From Octopus sinensis (taxonomy: Eukaryota), in contig NC_042999.1 in NCBI RefSeq assembly GCF_006345805.1, positions 42,470,001 through 42,534,000 on the forward strand: a DNA stretch of 64,000 nt. Direction: 5' to 3'. The notes beneath the pieces were generated by a model. It ran no database searches, was not told where the DNA came from, and saw nothing but the letters and a program-made list of their open reading frames with translations. Made by a program: the position numbers and the translations under genes. This document shows positions 39,159 through 50,900 of this stretch, piece after piece. Numbering within the stretch: position 1 is the stretch's first letter; every line of letters begins with the position of its first letter.

Positions 39159-41570
39159 AATCATCACCATCACCATCATCATCATCATCATCATGTAATA
39201 TCCGTTTTCCATCCTGGCATGGGTTGGATGGTTTGACAGGATTTGGCAAGCCATAAGGTTCCTTTGAACTCCAATGTAAGCTTTGGCATCGTTCCTGGGA
39301 CTGGATGTCCTTCTTAATGCCAACCATTTTACAGTGTGTAGTGGATCACCATAAGTAACTTGTGAGACAACAAAAGAAAAGAAAAGGAAAACGAAAAGGA
39401 AGACACTCCTTTGACTGAGAGGGAGTTTATTTGAAAGAAGGGGAAGTAGCTTTGTGCCAGGTGTTGAGAGGCTAAAGTATGAAAGAGGGACAAGCACAAG
39501 GAGATGCATGGCCATCCTGCATTATATAACAGTGGAAAGAAGATGGTAGTGATGGAGTGCTGGATAGAGTAACCTTTTAAGGGAGAAGTTGAAAATAAGA
39601 GAGTATACAGACATTGGATCAAGAGTGGGAGGAGAGGGTGGTTAGTTTGATTGAAGTGTGAAGAGAGAGTAACAAGTGTGGGATAAACCCCCACCTAAGA
39701 TAAAACCTCCTAGGAAAAAAAAACCATAAGAAAAATAACCCTCAGGACAAAACCCCTTGAAACAAAAAAGTAAAAGCAATTTTTTAAATCGTGATTTTAA
39801 TTCTTACCATTTGTATTATATGAACACTTCTTTGAAACATAAAAATACTGGTTTCAAAGTTTGTGGGAGGAGATAAGTTGATTACATCGGCCCCAGTGTT
39901 CAACTGGTACTTATTTTATTGACCTCGGCCGAATTTGAACTCAGAACATAAAGACAGACGAAATTGCACTAAGGATTCTACCCAGCTTGCTAACGGTTCT
40001 ACCAGCTGGCCACCCTCTCAGATGTAAAACATTACATTAATTATATAATAATCGTAATCACAAAAATGAGCTTAATAAAAAGAAAATCACACTGTATCTT
40101 TGAAAAATTAAAACAAACACAATATTCTTTTCTAATCTAGGCACAAGGCCTGAAATTTTGGGGGTGGGGACCAGTCAATTAGATCAACCCCAGTACACAA
40201 CCGGTAATTAATTTATCAACCCCAAAAAGATAAAAGGTAAAATCGACCTTGGCAGAATTTGAACTCAGAACGTAAAGACAGACGAAATGCCTATTTCTTT
40301 ACTACCCACAAGGGGCTAAACACAGAGAAGACAAACAAGGACAGACAGACGGATTAAGTCGATAATATCGACTCCAGTGCATAACTGGTACTTATTTAAT
40401 CGACCCCGAAAGGATGAAAGGCAAAGTCGACCTCAGCGGAATTTGAACTCAGAATGTAGCGGCAGACGAAATACCGCTAAGCATTTCGCCCGGTGTGCTA
40501 ACGTTTCTGCCAGCTTGCCACCTAAAACAAACACAATATTAAAAACCTCATTAAGTGCTGTGGTTCATATAAAGTTCATTTTACTACAACTTGATGTAGT
40601 GCCTGTTCAGAAATTTCTCCATGGTCTTTGTCTCATTCACATAGTCTAGAGGTGGGGTTTTGTACTAGGGGACTTTTTTCCTGGACCCCTAAGAGTAACA
40701 GATGGTTGTAGATGGGGTGAACGTAGTGAGTGATCAACAAGAACAAAGGTGTGTTTGATGGGAAATACCAGTATGGAGAGAGACTAAGTTGAGGCATTAA
40801 CATGTTCTTTCATTTTCTTTGATATAGTAAGATTTAGTTTGTGGGAGGTTTAGTTGCTATTTCTAATAGATTAACTAACCATATAGAGGCTCACACAATG
40901 TTATGGACTATATTGTTTTGTTTAGTATTTACTAAATGAGCTTTGCAGTGTGGCTCAGTCCTTGATGAGGTAATAAGTGTAGAGGGTATTTCAGGGCTCA
41001 TTTGTTTTGGCTGAGCTACTAAACACATAGTTCACCTCGGTGGAAATAGCATTGCTTCCTTGGGTCTTCAAGCAGCCCTAAAATCCAGATGGAGTTGTAG
41101 GGGCACCGCCAAGATATATTGTATCATCATCATTGTGTGGAAACTGTGTGGAAGTCTGTCTATGCTACAGAAGACAGTAGGGATTATAATTTTTGTATGA
41201 CTTAATAGATTTGTCACTGCTTAATTATGAATTTAGGAGATGGTTGTAATTTACTTATTGAATTTATTTATCGAAATGGTTGGACAGTGGGTAAACATGT
41301 TTGAAAGTTGTGGTCTCTTTGGTTTGTTTGTTCCCAAACAACACTTATTTTAGTGCTATTGACACCACTGGATTAATGGTACTGCTCAGGTGTCGAAACC
41401 ATAATGATATCCATTGGGCAGCTGATGATGGAGGCATGTTGGATTGTTTGTATGGCAGTTTTTGTATTTGTGGATATAGTATTATTGGATTGTTGGTATG
41501 GCTGTGGAATAGTATTATAATACATCCTTTTGATATAGCATGAAGAACGGACGTTAAACGATGATGATGA

Positions 41571-41601
<31 letters not shown>

Positions 41602-41604
<3 letters not shown>

Positions 41605-42120
41605 CAGCTATAACCTCGAGCACAGCTAAGTTTGAATGCTTATTTTATTTTTATTTATTTTCACTTCACTTCTCGACCAATCATACATGTTTTCCTATCT
41701 GTTGTTATTTATCTATCTAACTATTGTATCTAATTTCTCCTCTATTAACTCTGCCCGACCAAGTCTCGCTCTATCATCTTTTTTCAACCTTCGCGTATTT
41801 GTCTATCGATCTCCGCCATCTTTGAAGCCTGTTCCCTTAATACACTTCCGCCTTGTCCAAAAATTCCTTTCCGGTCAATTTCTTTACTTAAGGCAACAAC
41901 ATGTGCTCTCTCATTCATTCACCTAGCAGCTATAACCTCGAGCACAGCTAAGTTTGAATGCTTATTTTATTATTATTTATTTTCACTTCACTTCTTGACC
42001 AATCATACATGTTTTCCTATCTGTTGTTATTTATCTATCTAACTATTGTATCTAATTTCTCCTCTATAACTCTGCCCGACCAAGTCTCGCTCTATCATCT
42101 TTTTTCAACCTTCGCGTATT
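41602..42120. repeat. 322-bp direct tandem duplication (about 1.6 copies)
   Basis: tagcagctataacctcgagcacagc... starts at 41602 and 41924. Confidence 0.9.
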
Positions 42121-42929
42121 CACGGTGCACCCACCCTGCCCACCCCCACCCCCACCCCACCACCAATACCGGATATCTCTATATTTTTGCTCCATCTATA
42201 CCGGATGTTGTTTCTCCCACCACCATTATAGGTGTCTACTCTTCGAAACCCCCTCCTCAATACGCTATTTCACCATGCATTACCCTCTTGATATCCTACG
42301 TTCTACTTGCCTAAGAACCTGTCATCATTTCTCTGAACCACACCTCCCCACTGGTGCTCCCCTATATTTCTGCCCCCCCCCCCACATAAAAAAAAGCACC
42401 ATCCGAACGTGGCAGATGCCAGACCCCTCTGGCACCTGTGCAGGTGGCACGTAAAAAACACCCACTACACTCGCGGAGTGGTTGGCGTTAGGAAGGGCAT
42501 CCAGCTGTAGAAACACTGCCAGACTAGACTGGAGCCTGGGGCAGTCCCTAGCTCCTCAGACCCCGGTCGAAACCGTCCAACCCGTGCTAGCGCGGAAAAC
42601 GGACGTTAAACGATGATGATGATGATGATGATATATATATATATAGTTATATATATATATATATATAGCAATTAAGGACAACTACTTAATAAGGAAAACT
42701 TAACAAGAAATGTCAGGTAGATAGCGTAAAAACCTCATAAGAGAAAAAATTTCGAAAATAATTATTTCTTATTGAACATATTAATTTATATATAGAGGGC
42801 ATTATACATACATGCCAGAAGGCATTATACATACATGCAAACGCTAAGAGGGACAATTAGTCATTTCTACCAAAAATATTACTAATCCCACCGAATGCAA
42901 TTTTTCAAAGTAAGACATTAAAAAAATAT

Positions 42930-42977
42930 AGACCTGTATCACAGTGATTTCATACTTACGTACTCATCAGCAGGCCT
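42930..42977 (-). ncRNA. Type I hammerhead ribozyme, inverted copy
   Basis: Exact reverse complement of 43512-43559. Lies in the sense orientation of the KIF6 pre-mRNA. Confidence 0.85.
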
Positions 42978-43511
42978 GAATGTATTATAAATAAACAACG
43001 ACCTGCCCCGCTTAAGCCGATCAGCTAACTGCTCAACATCAACGAAGCACATGGGTGAGTTTACATATATTACATCCGGATAAATGGCAAACTTTACGAA
43101 TTGCATTTCGGGAGAGGAAAAGTTTTTTCGGAATAATAATTTAGCAATTAAGGACAACTACTTAATAAGGAAAACTTAACAAGAAATTGTCAGGTAGATA
43201 GCGTATAATGCCCTCTATATATAAATTAATATGTTCAATAAGAAATAATTATTTTCGAAATTTTTTCTCTTATGAGGTTTTTACGCTATCTACCTGACAA
43301 TTTCTTGTTAAGTTTTCCTTATTAAGTAGTTGTCCTTAATTGCTAAATTTTTATTCCGAAAAAACTTTTCCTCTCCCGAAATGCAATTCGTAAAAGTTTG
43401 CCATTTATCCGGATGTAATATATGTAAACTCACCCATGTGCTTCGTTGATGTTGAGCAGTTAGCTGATCGGCTTAAGCGGGGCAGGGTCGTTGTTTATTT
43501 ATAATACATTC

Positions 43512-43559
43512 AGGCCTGCTGATGAGTACGTAAGTATGAAATCACTGTGATACAGGTCT
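43512..43559 (+). ncRNA. Type I hammerhead ribozyme (canonical core)
   Basis: AGGCCTG-CTGATGA-GTAC(GTAA)GTAT-GAAA-TCAC(T)GTGA-TA-CAGGTCT: 7-bp stem I, GNRA-capped stem II, near-palindromic stem III, predicted cleavage after A43552. Confidence 0.85.
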
Positions 43560-44383
43560 ATATTTTTTTAAATGTCTTACTTTGAAAAATTGCATTCGGT
43601 GGGATTAGTAATATTTTTGGTAGAAATGACTAATTGTCCCTCTTAGCGTTTGGCATGTATGTATAATGCCTTCTGGCATGTATGTATAATGCCCTCTATA
43701 TATAAATTTATATATATATATAATCATCATCATCGTTTAAAGATAGATATATATATATGCACACATGTGTGTCTGTGTCTGTGTTTGTCCCCCCTGCCAC
43801 TGCTTGACAGCTAGTATTGGTTTGTTTACATCCATAACTTAGCATTTCAGCAAAAGTGACCAAAAGAACTGGTGCCAGACTTCAAAAAATTAAGTACCGG
43901 AGTCAATTTGTTCAACTAAACCTGTCAAGGCAAGCCCCAGCATGGCTGCAGTCCAATGACTAGAACAAGTAAAAGATAAAAGATAAAATATATCCAGCAT
44001 GTCCTTCAATTTTTATAAACAGCAAGGAGTGAAATGAGGAAAATTTCAGTACTATTTCTAGCAGAATGAATGACTGGTTTGTGGGCCATGGATTTACATC
44101 TTTAGATATTTTTTATCATGCATTTTTGAGAACAATTGTATCACTGGTTGTAGGTCACTAGTGAACCAATCAGTGGTTCCCAGTGTTTTTGATGGTGAGA
44201 GTAACAAGGCAGTAACCCAGTACAGAACAAACCCAATATAGGACTCCCTTCAAAAAGTATTGTTTTTATTTTCGATTTTGGTTTTACCAATGTTTTACAC
44301 TCTTTGTTGAGAATTACATAGCCAAAAATTGTTTCATTCATTTATCCATCCCTATAGCCATTCATACATACATACATACATAC

Positions 44384-45171
44384 GTGTTGTCATGGTACTA
44401 CCTTCCTATGCGACACGATCATCATCATAGTTTAACGTCCGTTCTCCATGCTAGCATGGGTTGGACGGTTCGACCGGGGATCTGGGAAGCCAGAAGGCTG
44501 CACCAGGCTCCAGTCTTATCTGGCAATGTTTCTACAGCTGGATGCCCTTCCTAACGCCAACCACTCCATGAGTGTAGCGGGTGCTTTTTTACGATGTCGT
44601 TGTTAAAACAATTTACAATGTCTTCCGCAAAAAAGATTCCTGAAATAAACTTAGAGAATCCCTCTCTTATGGAACACACTCATAAACACCAACTCAAAGA
44701 ATACTGGTGGAACATTCCCATCAAATGTAAACATAACAGGCCAGATATTGTTGTTTGGGACAGTGGGTCAAAGGTATGTACCATCATTGAGATTAGCTGC
44801 CCTGCAGATATAAATATCTCTTTGAAAATCAAAGAAAAAGAGGATATCTATGGACAACTGCTTCAAAACCTCCAGCTTCTATATCCATACTATGAATTTA
44901 TATTCATACCAATAATAATTGGAGTGCTAGGTCTTGTTAGTAAATGCTTAAAGGAGAATCCGGATAAACTGGAATTTTCAGAAAGAGAAATCGACCAGCT
45001 AATTACAAGTGCAATCTGTGAGTGGAACAGTAAAAATATGCAAGACTTTTCTCAAGTTCCAAACGTGAATTTGTCAGCGTTAACTACATCTCAAAGATGG
45101 AGCCTTGTATCTTTGTTGGAAACCAACTCCCACCTCAGTGGAAGATTTATAATCATTAAAAAATAGAAGAG
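44384..45171 (+). mobile_element. RLE-bearing LINE 3' fragment flanked by (CATA)n, interrupted by an RTE 3'-end insertion
   Basis: YYLPMRHD|VVVKTIYN split by an insertion at 44420-44590 (ACGAT repeated at 44415-19 and 44591-95), then HNRPDIVVWD..IIEISCPAD..IPIIIGVLG. Confidence 0.8.
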
Positions 45172-46544
45172 ACATACATACATACATACATACATACATG
45201 CTTGCATGAATGCTCATAGTTAAAAGTTAGCTCCACAATGACTCAGTTTCAGGGTCAGTCACACTGTGTTGCACTTTGACCAAGTTACTTCTAACATAGT
45301 CTTGTGAGAGAAATTAGGCAGATGCAAAAGTCTGCAGAAACTCATTGGACCATACTGGTTCCTGCACGATGGTCCCAAGTTAGCAAACTGCTTTGGTGCC
45401 TTTAGTAATGCCTTGTCTGTTGCAAGCATTAAAATCAGCCCTCTAAAGAACTCAATACTCCCAAATGCTGCTTCCTACTGTCAAAACATATCAGTCATGG
45501 TTTCTTTCTCTTTTCACTTCCACCACACCAATCCGAGTGGAAGGAGGAAATGGAACGGCCATGACCATTCCATTTCCTCCTTCCACTTAGCTATAAAAAA
45601 CAACCAAATCTTGCTTTTTATTTGCCTTTTCCATTTGCCTTTCTATTTGATTCTAAATTCCATGACTGACACTTTCATGTCCATATTTCTAATGACTGCC
45701 CTGCCAATGTGTTCCAATATGAAGAAGATTTTGAAGAAGGTTTAGCAAAATATCTGTAAGTTTATATATTAAAAAAAACGATAAACGTTGCCCTTTTCAA
45801 GCCTAGCTAGGCTCACGGGCCTGGTTTCCCAGTTTCTGTGGCATATGTGTTCCCCCCAGCTGGACGGGATGCCAGCCCATCGCAGCATTATTCAAGAAAC
45901 AGAAAGAGAGAATGAAAGAAAGTTGTGGCGAAAGAGTACAACAGGGGGTCCCACCACCCTCTGCCAGAGTCTCATGGGGCTTTTAGGTGTTTTCGCTCAA
46001 TAAACACATACAACGCCTGGTCTAGGAATCAAAACCGCGATCCTCCGACTGCGAGTCCGCTGCCCTAACCACTGGGGCCATTGTGCCTCCATATTTTATA
46101 TATTAGTATTTATTATAGTTGGTGCTGACCAAATATAACTTCATGTTATATTCAGGTTCTGGAATTTTGGCTGGAATTTAAATGTAAATCTGAATACTTT
46201 TAGCACAGGTGGTCTCAGATAGGTTGGTATTAAAATTATTGATATTTTATGTCCTCATTGGCTGTATTCTATAATAGCCCATTGAATGTGGTAGAATACA
46301 GGGTCAAAGGGTGAATGGAACATGAGTAGTAACAGGGTTAAATATGCTTTGAAATATTAAGTTACATCCCTGAAATTCAAACAAGCAAGGGTCACTGTGC
46401 CTCACATCCCTCAAAAAGTTGATAATATTTTAAAACACAAGTAATGTTATAAGAATGGATTCCCTGCAATTCTGTAGCCTTGGCCCAACGTAAGAAATTA
46501 TTATTCAAAAATGACTGAAATGGAAAAAATGGAACATATCTTAC

Positions 46545-46617
46545 TTGATTTTTTCTTTCTCTATCTCATTCTTCAAACTTTGTTCTACTTCATCGGGGTT
46601 ATCAGGATCAAGCTTTC
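46545..46617 (-). CDS. KIF6: KIF6 internal exon (73 nt, phase 1 to phase 2)
   Basis: Acceptor cctttttcag and donor GTAAGA. Encodes (G)KLDPDNPDEVEQSLKNEIEKEKI(K), matching KIF6 PDQQEEKLRSQLEEEKRR. Phases join both neighbouring exons in frame. Confidence 0.85.
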
Positions 46618-48199
46618 CTGAAAAAGGTTTTGAAAAAAAAAAAATAAATAACAAGCATTACCATCATCATCATCTTCATCAAATCATGACAACAGCAACA
46701 TGATGATGATGGTGGTGGTGGTGGTGAGGATGATATCTAAATCAAATATTAAAAAGGTTTATATGAGAACATTAACAAAATAATAATAAATACAATAACA
46801 AAGGAAGATACCCTGGTATTGATAGAAATTCAAGTATATCAGAGGGAACATGAAGCAAAAGCCTTGAATGCAATAATGAAAAAAAAAAAAACTCAATGGA
46901 TCAGAATGGGCAAAAAATAAACATTAAAAATCACACTATCATCACAAATATGACTCACCATATTTAGCACAAAACCTACTGAACTGAAAATTACTGGAAT
47001 GGTAATCCCCTGGGCTTGTTAAGGTTTTCAATTTTTAGATGAAGCATCTGACCAGTATTCATTGCAGTGTTACCGAACAAGCTCTTGTGGACCTGAACTA
47101 GCTCTGTGCTTTTTTAATGTAATTAACTCAAGATTCTTGTATTTTGCACTGAGTTCCTACCTCAGATCTAATTTTAATAATTACATTCTTCCTTTGGCAT
47201 TGTTTTTTTCTTGCAAAACAACAAAAGGTGCAGGTGTCCTCCATTATAGCTCCAAACTGAACAAAGCCTTTTGATGGAATTCAGTGGATGGAAACTGTAT
47301 GGAAGACAGCCTGTCCGTCCGTCCGTTCAAGAATCAAAATCAGAATCTTTTGATCATGAGTCCAACACCCAACACCCAAACTAGTAAGCTATGTGCCTCC
47401 TCACAGTCACTAAAACACACACATACTCATATACACATATTTAAATCCCACTACCACTTGAAACCAGTGTGGGTTTATTTATATTCACAAGACTTAGCAG
47501 TCTGGCAAAAGAGAATAATAGAGTAAGCACCAGATTTTGATAAAATAATAAGTACTAGGAGAAAATTTGTTCAGCTAAACCCTTCAAGACATTTTCCCCA
47601 CATGACTGAAACAAGTAAAAGACAGAATAGATAAAAAGTATTGCTTATTCAAAATTGTATAATCTAGGAAAGAAAAATACAAAAATACAAAAAAACTATG
47701 AAATGTAAATAAAATTTAGTTTCATTTATTTATTGTACCACAAACCAATGATAAACGAATACAAAACTGCAATTTTAAAATGCAAGTATACACGATGAGA
47801 AAATATTTATATTTGATAATTTTTATGTCAAGTATCAAGTTTTTAAAATTTATCTCTTTTATAAGCGTTCAAATTTTCATTTCTGGCTTCTGTTCCTAAC
47901 AGCTTGCTGCCTTTTGAACATTTTGATTTGGCAACACAGAGTAACGAGCAGTAACATACAAGGAATTGGTAAACATTTTGGTATCAGCACTTGAATGGCT
48001 TTGGAGTAGAAACAACTTTAATTCTCCAGAACAGAAATAGTAAGGCCCCCTTCCCACCATCTGCCAGCCGTTCAAGAATTTGGACCTGGAGATCTCCATT
48101 TCCAGCGACTTCGAGGGCAACCTCCCAGTGCTGTCAGGCATCAACGAAGAGCCCTCGACTACAACAAGACGACCAAAGTTTATTTTTTTCCAAGGTCTG

Positions 48200-48545
48200 G
48201 GGTCTCCTGCCCCTAAGCCATAGACCATCACCTAATCACCCTTACCCGTCTTGTTGCTTAACAACAACAACAGCAACAACCATCTGCCAGATCTTGCCAA
48301 TGACAAACAAATAGGTTAGACGCTCACCTGGAAAGCTGTAACACGTTACTATAGAAGCAGAAAGAGAGCCCAAAAGAGATGATGGCTGTAATGAACAGAT
48401 GCTGGTGAGTCTCTAACACCAGCCCTAACCCATAAAAAGACAGCAAAAAGCAGCAAAGAAACCTAATGCGTATGGATGGATTGATTGCCAAAAAACATTT
48501 TGATAGTATACCACACTCTTGGACACCAGAAACATTCCACATAAA
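48200..48545 (+). pseudogene. Degenerate R4-like RT fragment
   Basis: Relic motifs resembling CLTTICQIL, EQKG..GCNEQMLV and WIDCQKTFDSIPHSW. Confidence 0.55.
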
Positions 48546-49715
48546 TAAGGAGCTCCAATATTAGCTTCAAATTTTGGAACTAGGCCAGTAAGTTCAGTGG
48601 AGGGGTTAATTTGTTTACATTAACTGGTACTTAATCTATTGACCTCAAAAGGATGAAAGGCAAAGTCAACCTTGGCAGAATTTGAACTCAGAATATAAAG
48701 ACAGACAAAATACCATTAAACATTTTGTCTGGCATGCTAACAATTCAGCCAGTTCACCACCTTGAATTAGATTAATATAAAAAAAATTGAACACAATGTC
48801 AGTAATAAAATAATAGGAATAAATACACCAGATACCTATCAATGAACTGCAATTTCAACATAATAAACTGGAAATTAAGTGAAGCTACCCAGTCTTGGCT
48901 AAGTTTGAGCATTTAGTTGGTGAAGTCGTGTGGCTAGGGCCCTGATAATATAATTTTGTGGTTCCTAATGAGTCATGATTAAGAGCACCAAGAAATACAA
49001 AGGCACAGATTGTAAATTACTGCCACATTTTATTTCAACACCTAACAGAAGGTACAGCAAGCAGGTACAACATGAATAATACTGTCAGTAAATATACAGG
49101 TACAACAGATAAAGGAAGAAAGAGTGAGAGAAAGTTGTAGTGAAAGAGTATAGCAGGGTTCGCTACCACCCCCTGCTGGAGCCTTATGGAGCTTTAGGTG
49201 TTTTCACTCAATAAACACTCACAACGCCCGGCTTGGGAATCGAAACCGCGATCCTATGACTGCAAGTCCGCTGCCCTAACCACTGGGCCATTGTGCCTCT
49301 CCACAGATATAGGTTATGAAGACGAGACATCAGATATGTGGAGGAGATATAAGACATGCAGAGGAGATATAGGATATGAGACAAAATATTGTAAACTATT
49401 TAGTCTTCACTTTTAATATTAGCAGCAATCATCAGAAGAATTATGGTGATGGTTTCTTTTGACAGACTGATATACAGCCAATATTGTATGATGCCAAGAA
49501 CATTCAGACTATTCTTTATGTCACAAATGTCAAGAAATGTCATCAAAAATGTCAGCAAATGAAAGATATCTTTGCTGCTAAGAATAAACATCTCAACAAA
49601 AGTTTTCATAAGTACGTAGCGTATTTGACCAAAATAACTATGTAACTACACAACTGATGAAGCATTTTCACACACATTTGCATCTCTTTGTTTCTTTGTC
49701 ACTTCTATATGGTCT

Positions 49716-50070
49716 TCTATATGGTTGCTAGAACTGCTAGACATAACAGTCAAATTTCTATCATATTGTGCCCTATCATGATGTCATCTGAAATGACATC
49801 ATGTTAGGGCACCTTTTGGTTTCTTTATCTCTTCTATTGGTAATAAAATAAACAGGGTTTTCTATATGGTTGCTAGAACTGCTAGACATAACAGTAAAAT
49901 TTCTCTCATATTGTACCCTATCATGATGTCATCTGAGATGACATCATATTAGGACACATATTGTTTCTTTATTTCTTCCATTGGTAATAAAATAAACAGG
50001 GCTGATAGAACTGCTAGACATAACAGTCAAATTTCTCTCATATTGTGCCCTATCATGAAGTCATGCATAT
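49716..50070. repeat. ~145-bp tandem repeat (about 2.5 copies) with internal hairpin
   Basis: Unit tctatatggttgctagaactgctagacataacag... starts at 49716 and 49861, with a partial copy at ~50005. Hairpin GTGCCCTATCATGATGTCAT-ctgaa-ATGACATCATGTTAGGGCAC. Confidence 0.85.
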
Positions 50071-50142
50071 ACATTTTGGTAAACTAAGACAAATTATCAT
50101 AGATATAAGAATATATTATAAAATATTTGGCTCTGAACTCAC

Positions 50143-50193
50143 CTTGTAGTCCACACTGTAACCTGTGCTGTTCCACTTTGGACTTCAACTGAT
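50143..50193 (-). CDS. KIF6: KIF6 internal exon (51 nt, phase 1 to phase 1)
   Basis: Acceptor ttctttctttctcag and donor GTGAGT. Encodes (x)QLKSKVEQHRLQCGLQ(G), resembling vertebrate KIF6 GHLKEEITQRHIQQVALG as recalled. Phase matches the next exon. Confidence 0.8.
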
Positions 50194-50269
50194 CTGAGAA
50201 AGAAAGAAGCAATAGGGAGACATGGCATACAGGAGAGGGGTGTGTTAAAAGCGATGGGGGTTATTATGA

Positions 50270-50900
50270 TGATGATGGTGATGACGACAACAGTTGTGAT
50301 AAGGACAGTGACAACAGGAATGATAACGAGGATGATGAACAGGGCTATCATCATAGAGATGATGATCATAGTGATAAAAGGTGACAATGAAAAATGATGG
50401 CAATGGCAAAGATGATGATGATGATGATGACAAGGGCTGTAATGAAGATAATGATAATGATGATGATGATGATGAACAGCATCATAAAGGTGATGATCAT
50501 AATGATGAAGGGGACATTGAAAAAGATGATGATGATAATGGTGGTGGTGGTGGTGGTGGTGGTAGTGGGGGCGATGATGATGAGGATGATGATGATGGTG
50601 GTAGTGCTGGTGGTGGTGGCAGTGGTGGTGGTGATTAGAGGTTGGTGATGGTGGTGGTAGTGGGGGCGATGATGATGATGATGATAGTGCTGATGGTGGT
50701 GGTGGTGGTGGTAGTGAGGATGGTGATGATGACAATGAAGGAGAGGAGTGTAACAATGAGGATGATGATGATGATGGTGATGGTGGTGGTGGTGGTGGTG
50801 ACGGCGGTGGCGGCGGTTGTAGTGGTGGTGTTGGTGGAGGTAGAAATCACAACAATAATGATAACGATGATGATGATGTCTGTAATAAACTACCACCACC
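50270..50900. repeat. Mosaic (GAT/GGT)n trinucleotide low-complexity tract
   Basis: Similar tracts at 38330-38470, 38675-39010 and 55720-56330. Long (TA)n/(CA)n tracts at ~6700-7340, 12630-12910, 22590-22760, 37870-38250 and 56690-57580. Confidence 0.9.

Larger units (their letters stand above)
42666..43708. mobile_element. Foldback Penelope-like/retrozyme-like element (two inverted, circularly permuted ~480-nt units)
   Basis: Left arm 42666-43205 (-) and right arm 43204-43708 (+) are permutations of the same unit, each with terminal redundancy. One hammerhead per arm, flanked by (TA)n. Confidence 0.75.

Noticed and set aside
41350-41415. GACACC...GGTGTC-GAAAC as a hammerhead relic
   Set aside because: The core reads CTATTGA and stems I and III do not form; too degenerate to call.
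47896-48542. ORFs as extra KIF6 exons (GT donor at ~48326)
   Set aside because: No KIF6 similarity. The plus strand carries a degenerate R4-like RT, and the flanking KIF6 exons already join in phase.
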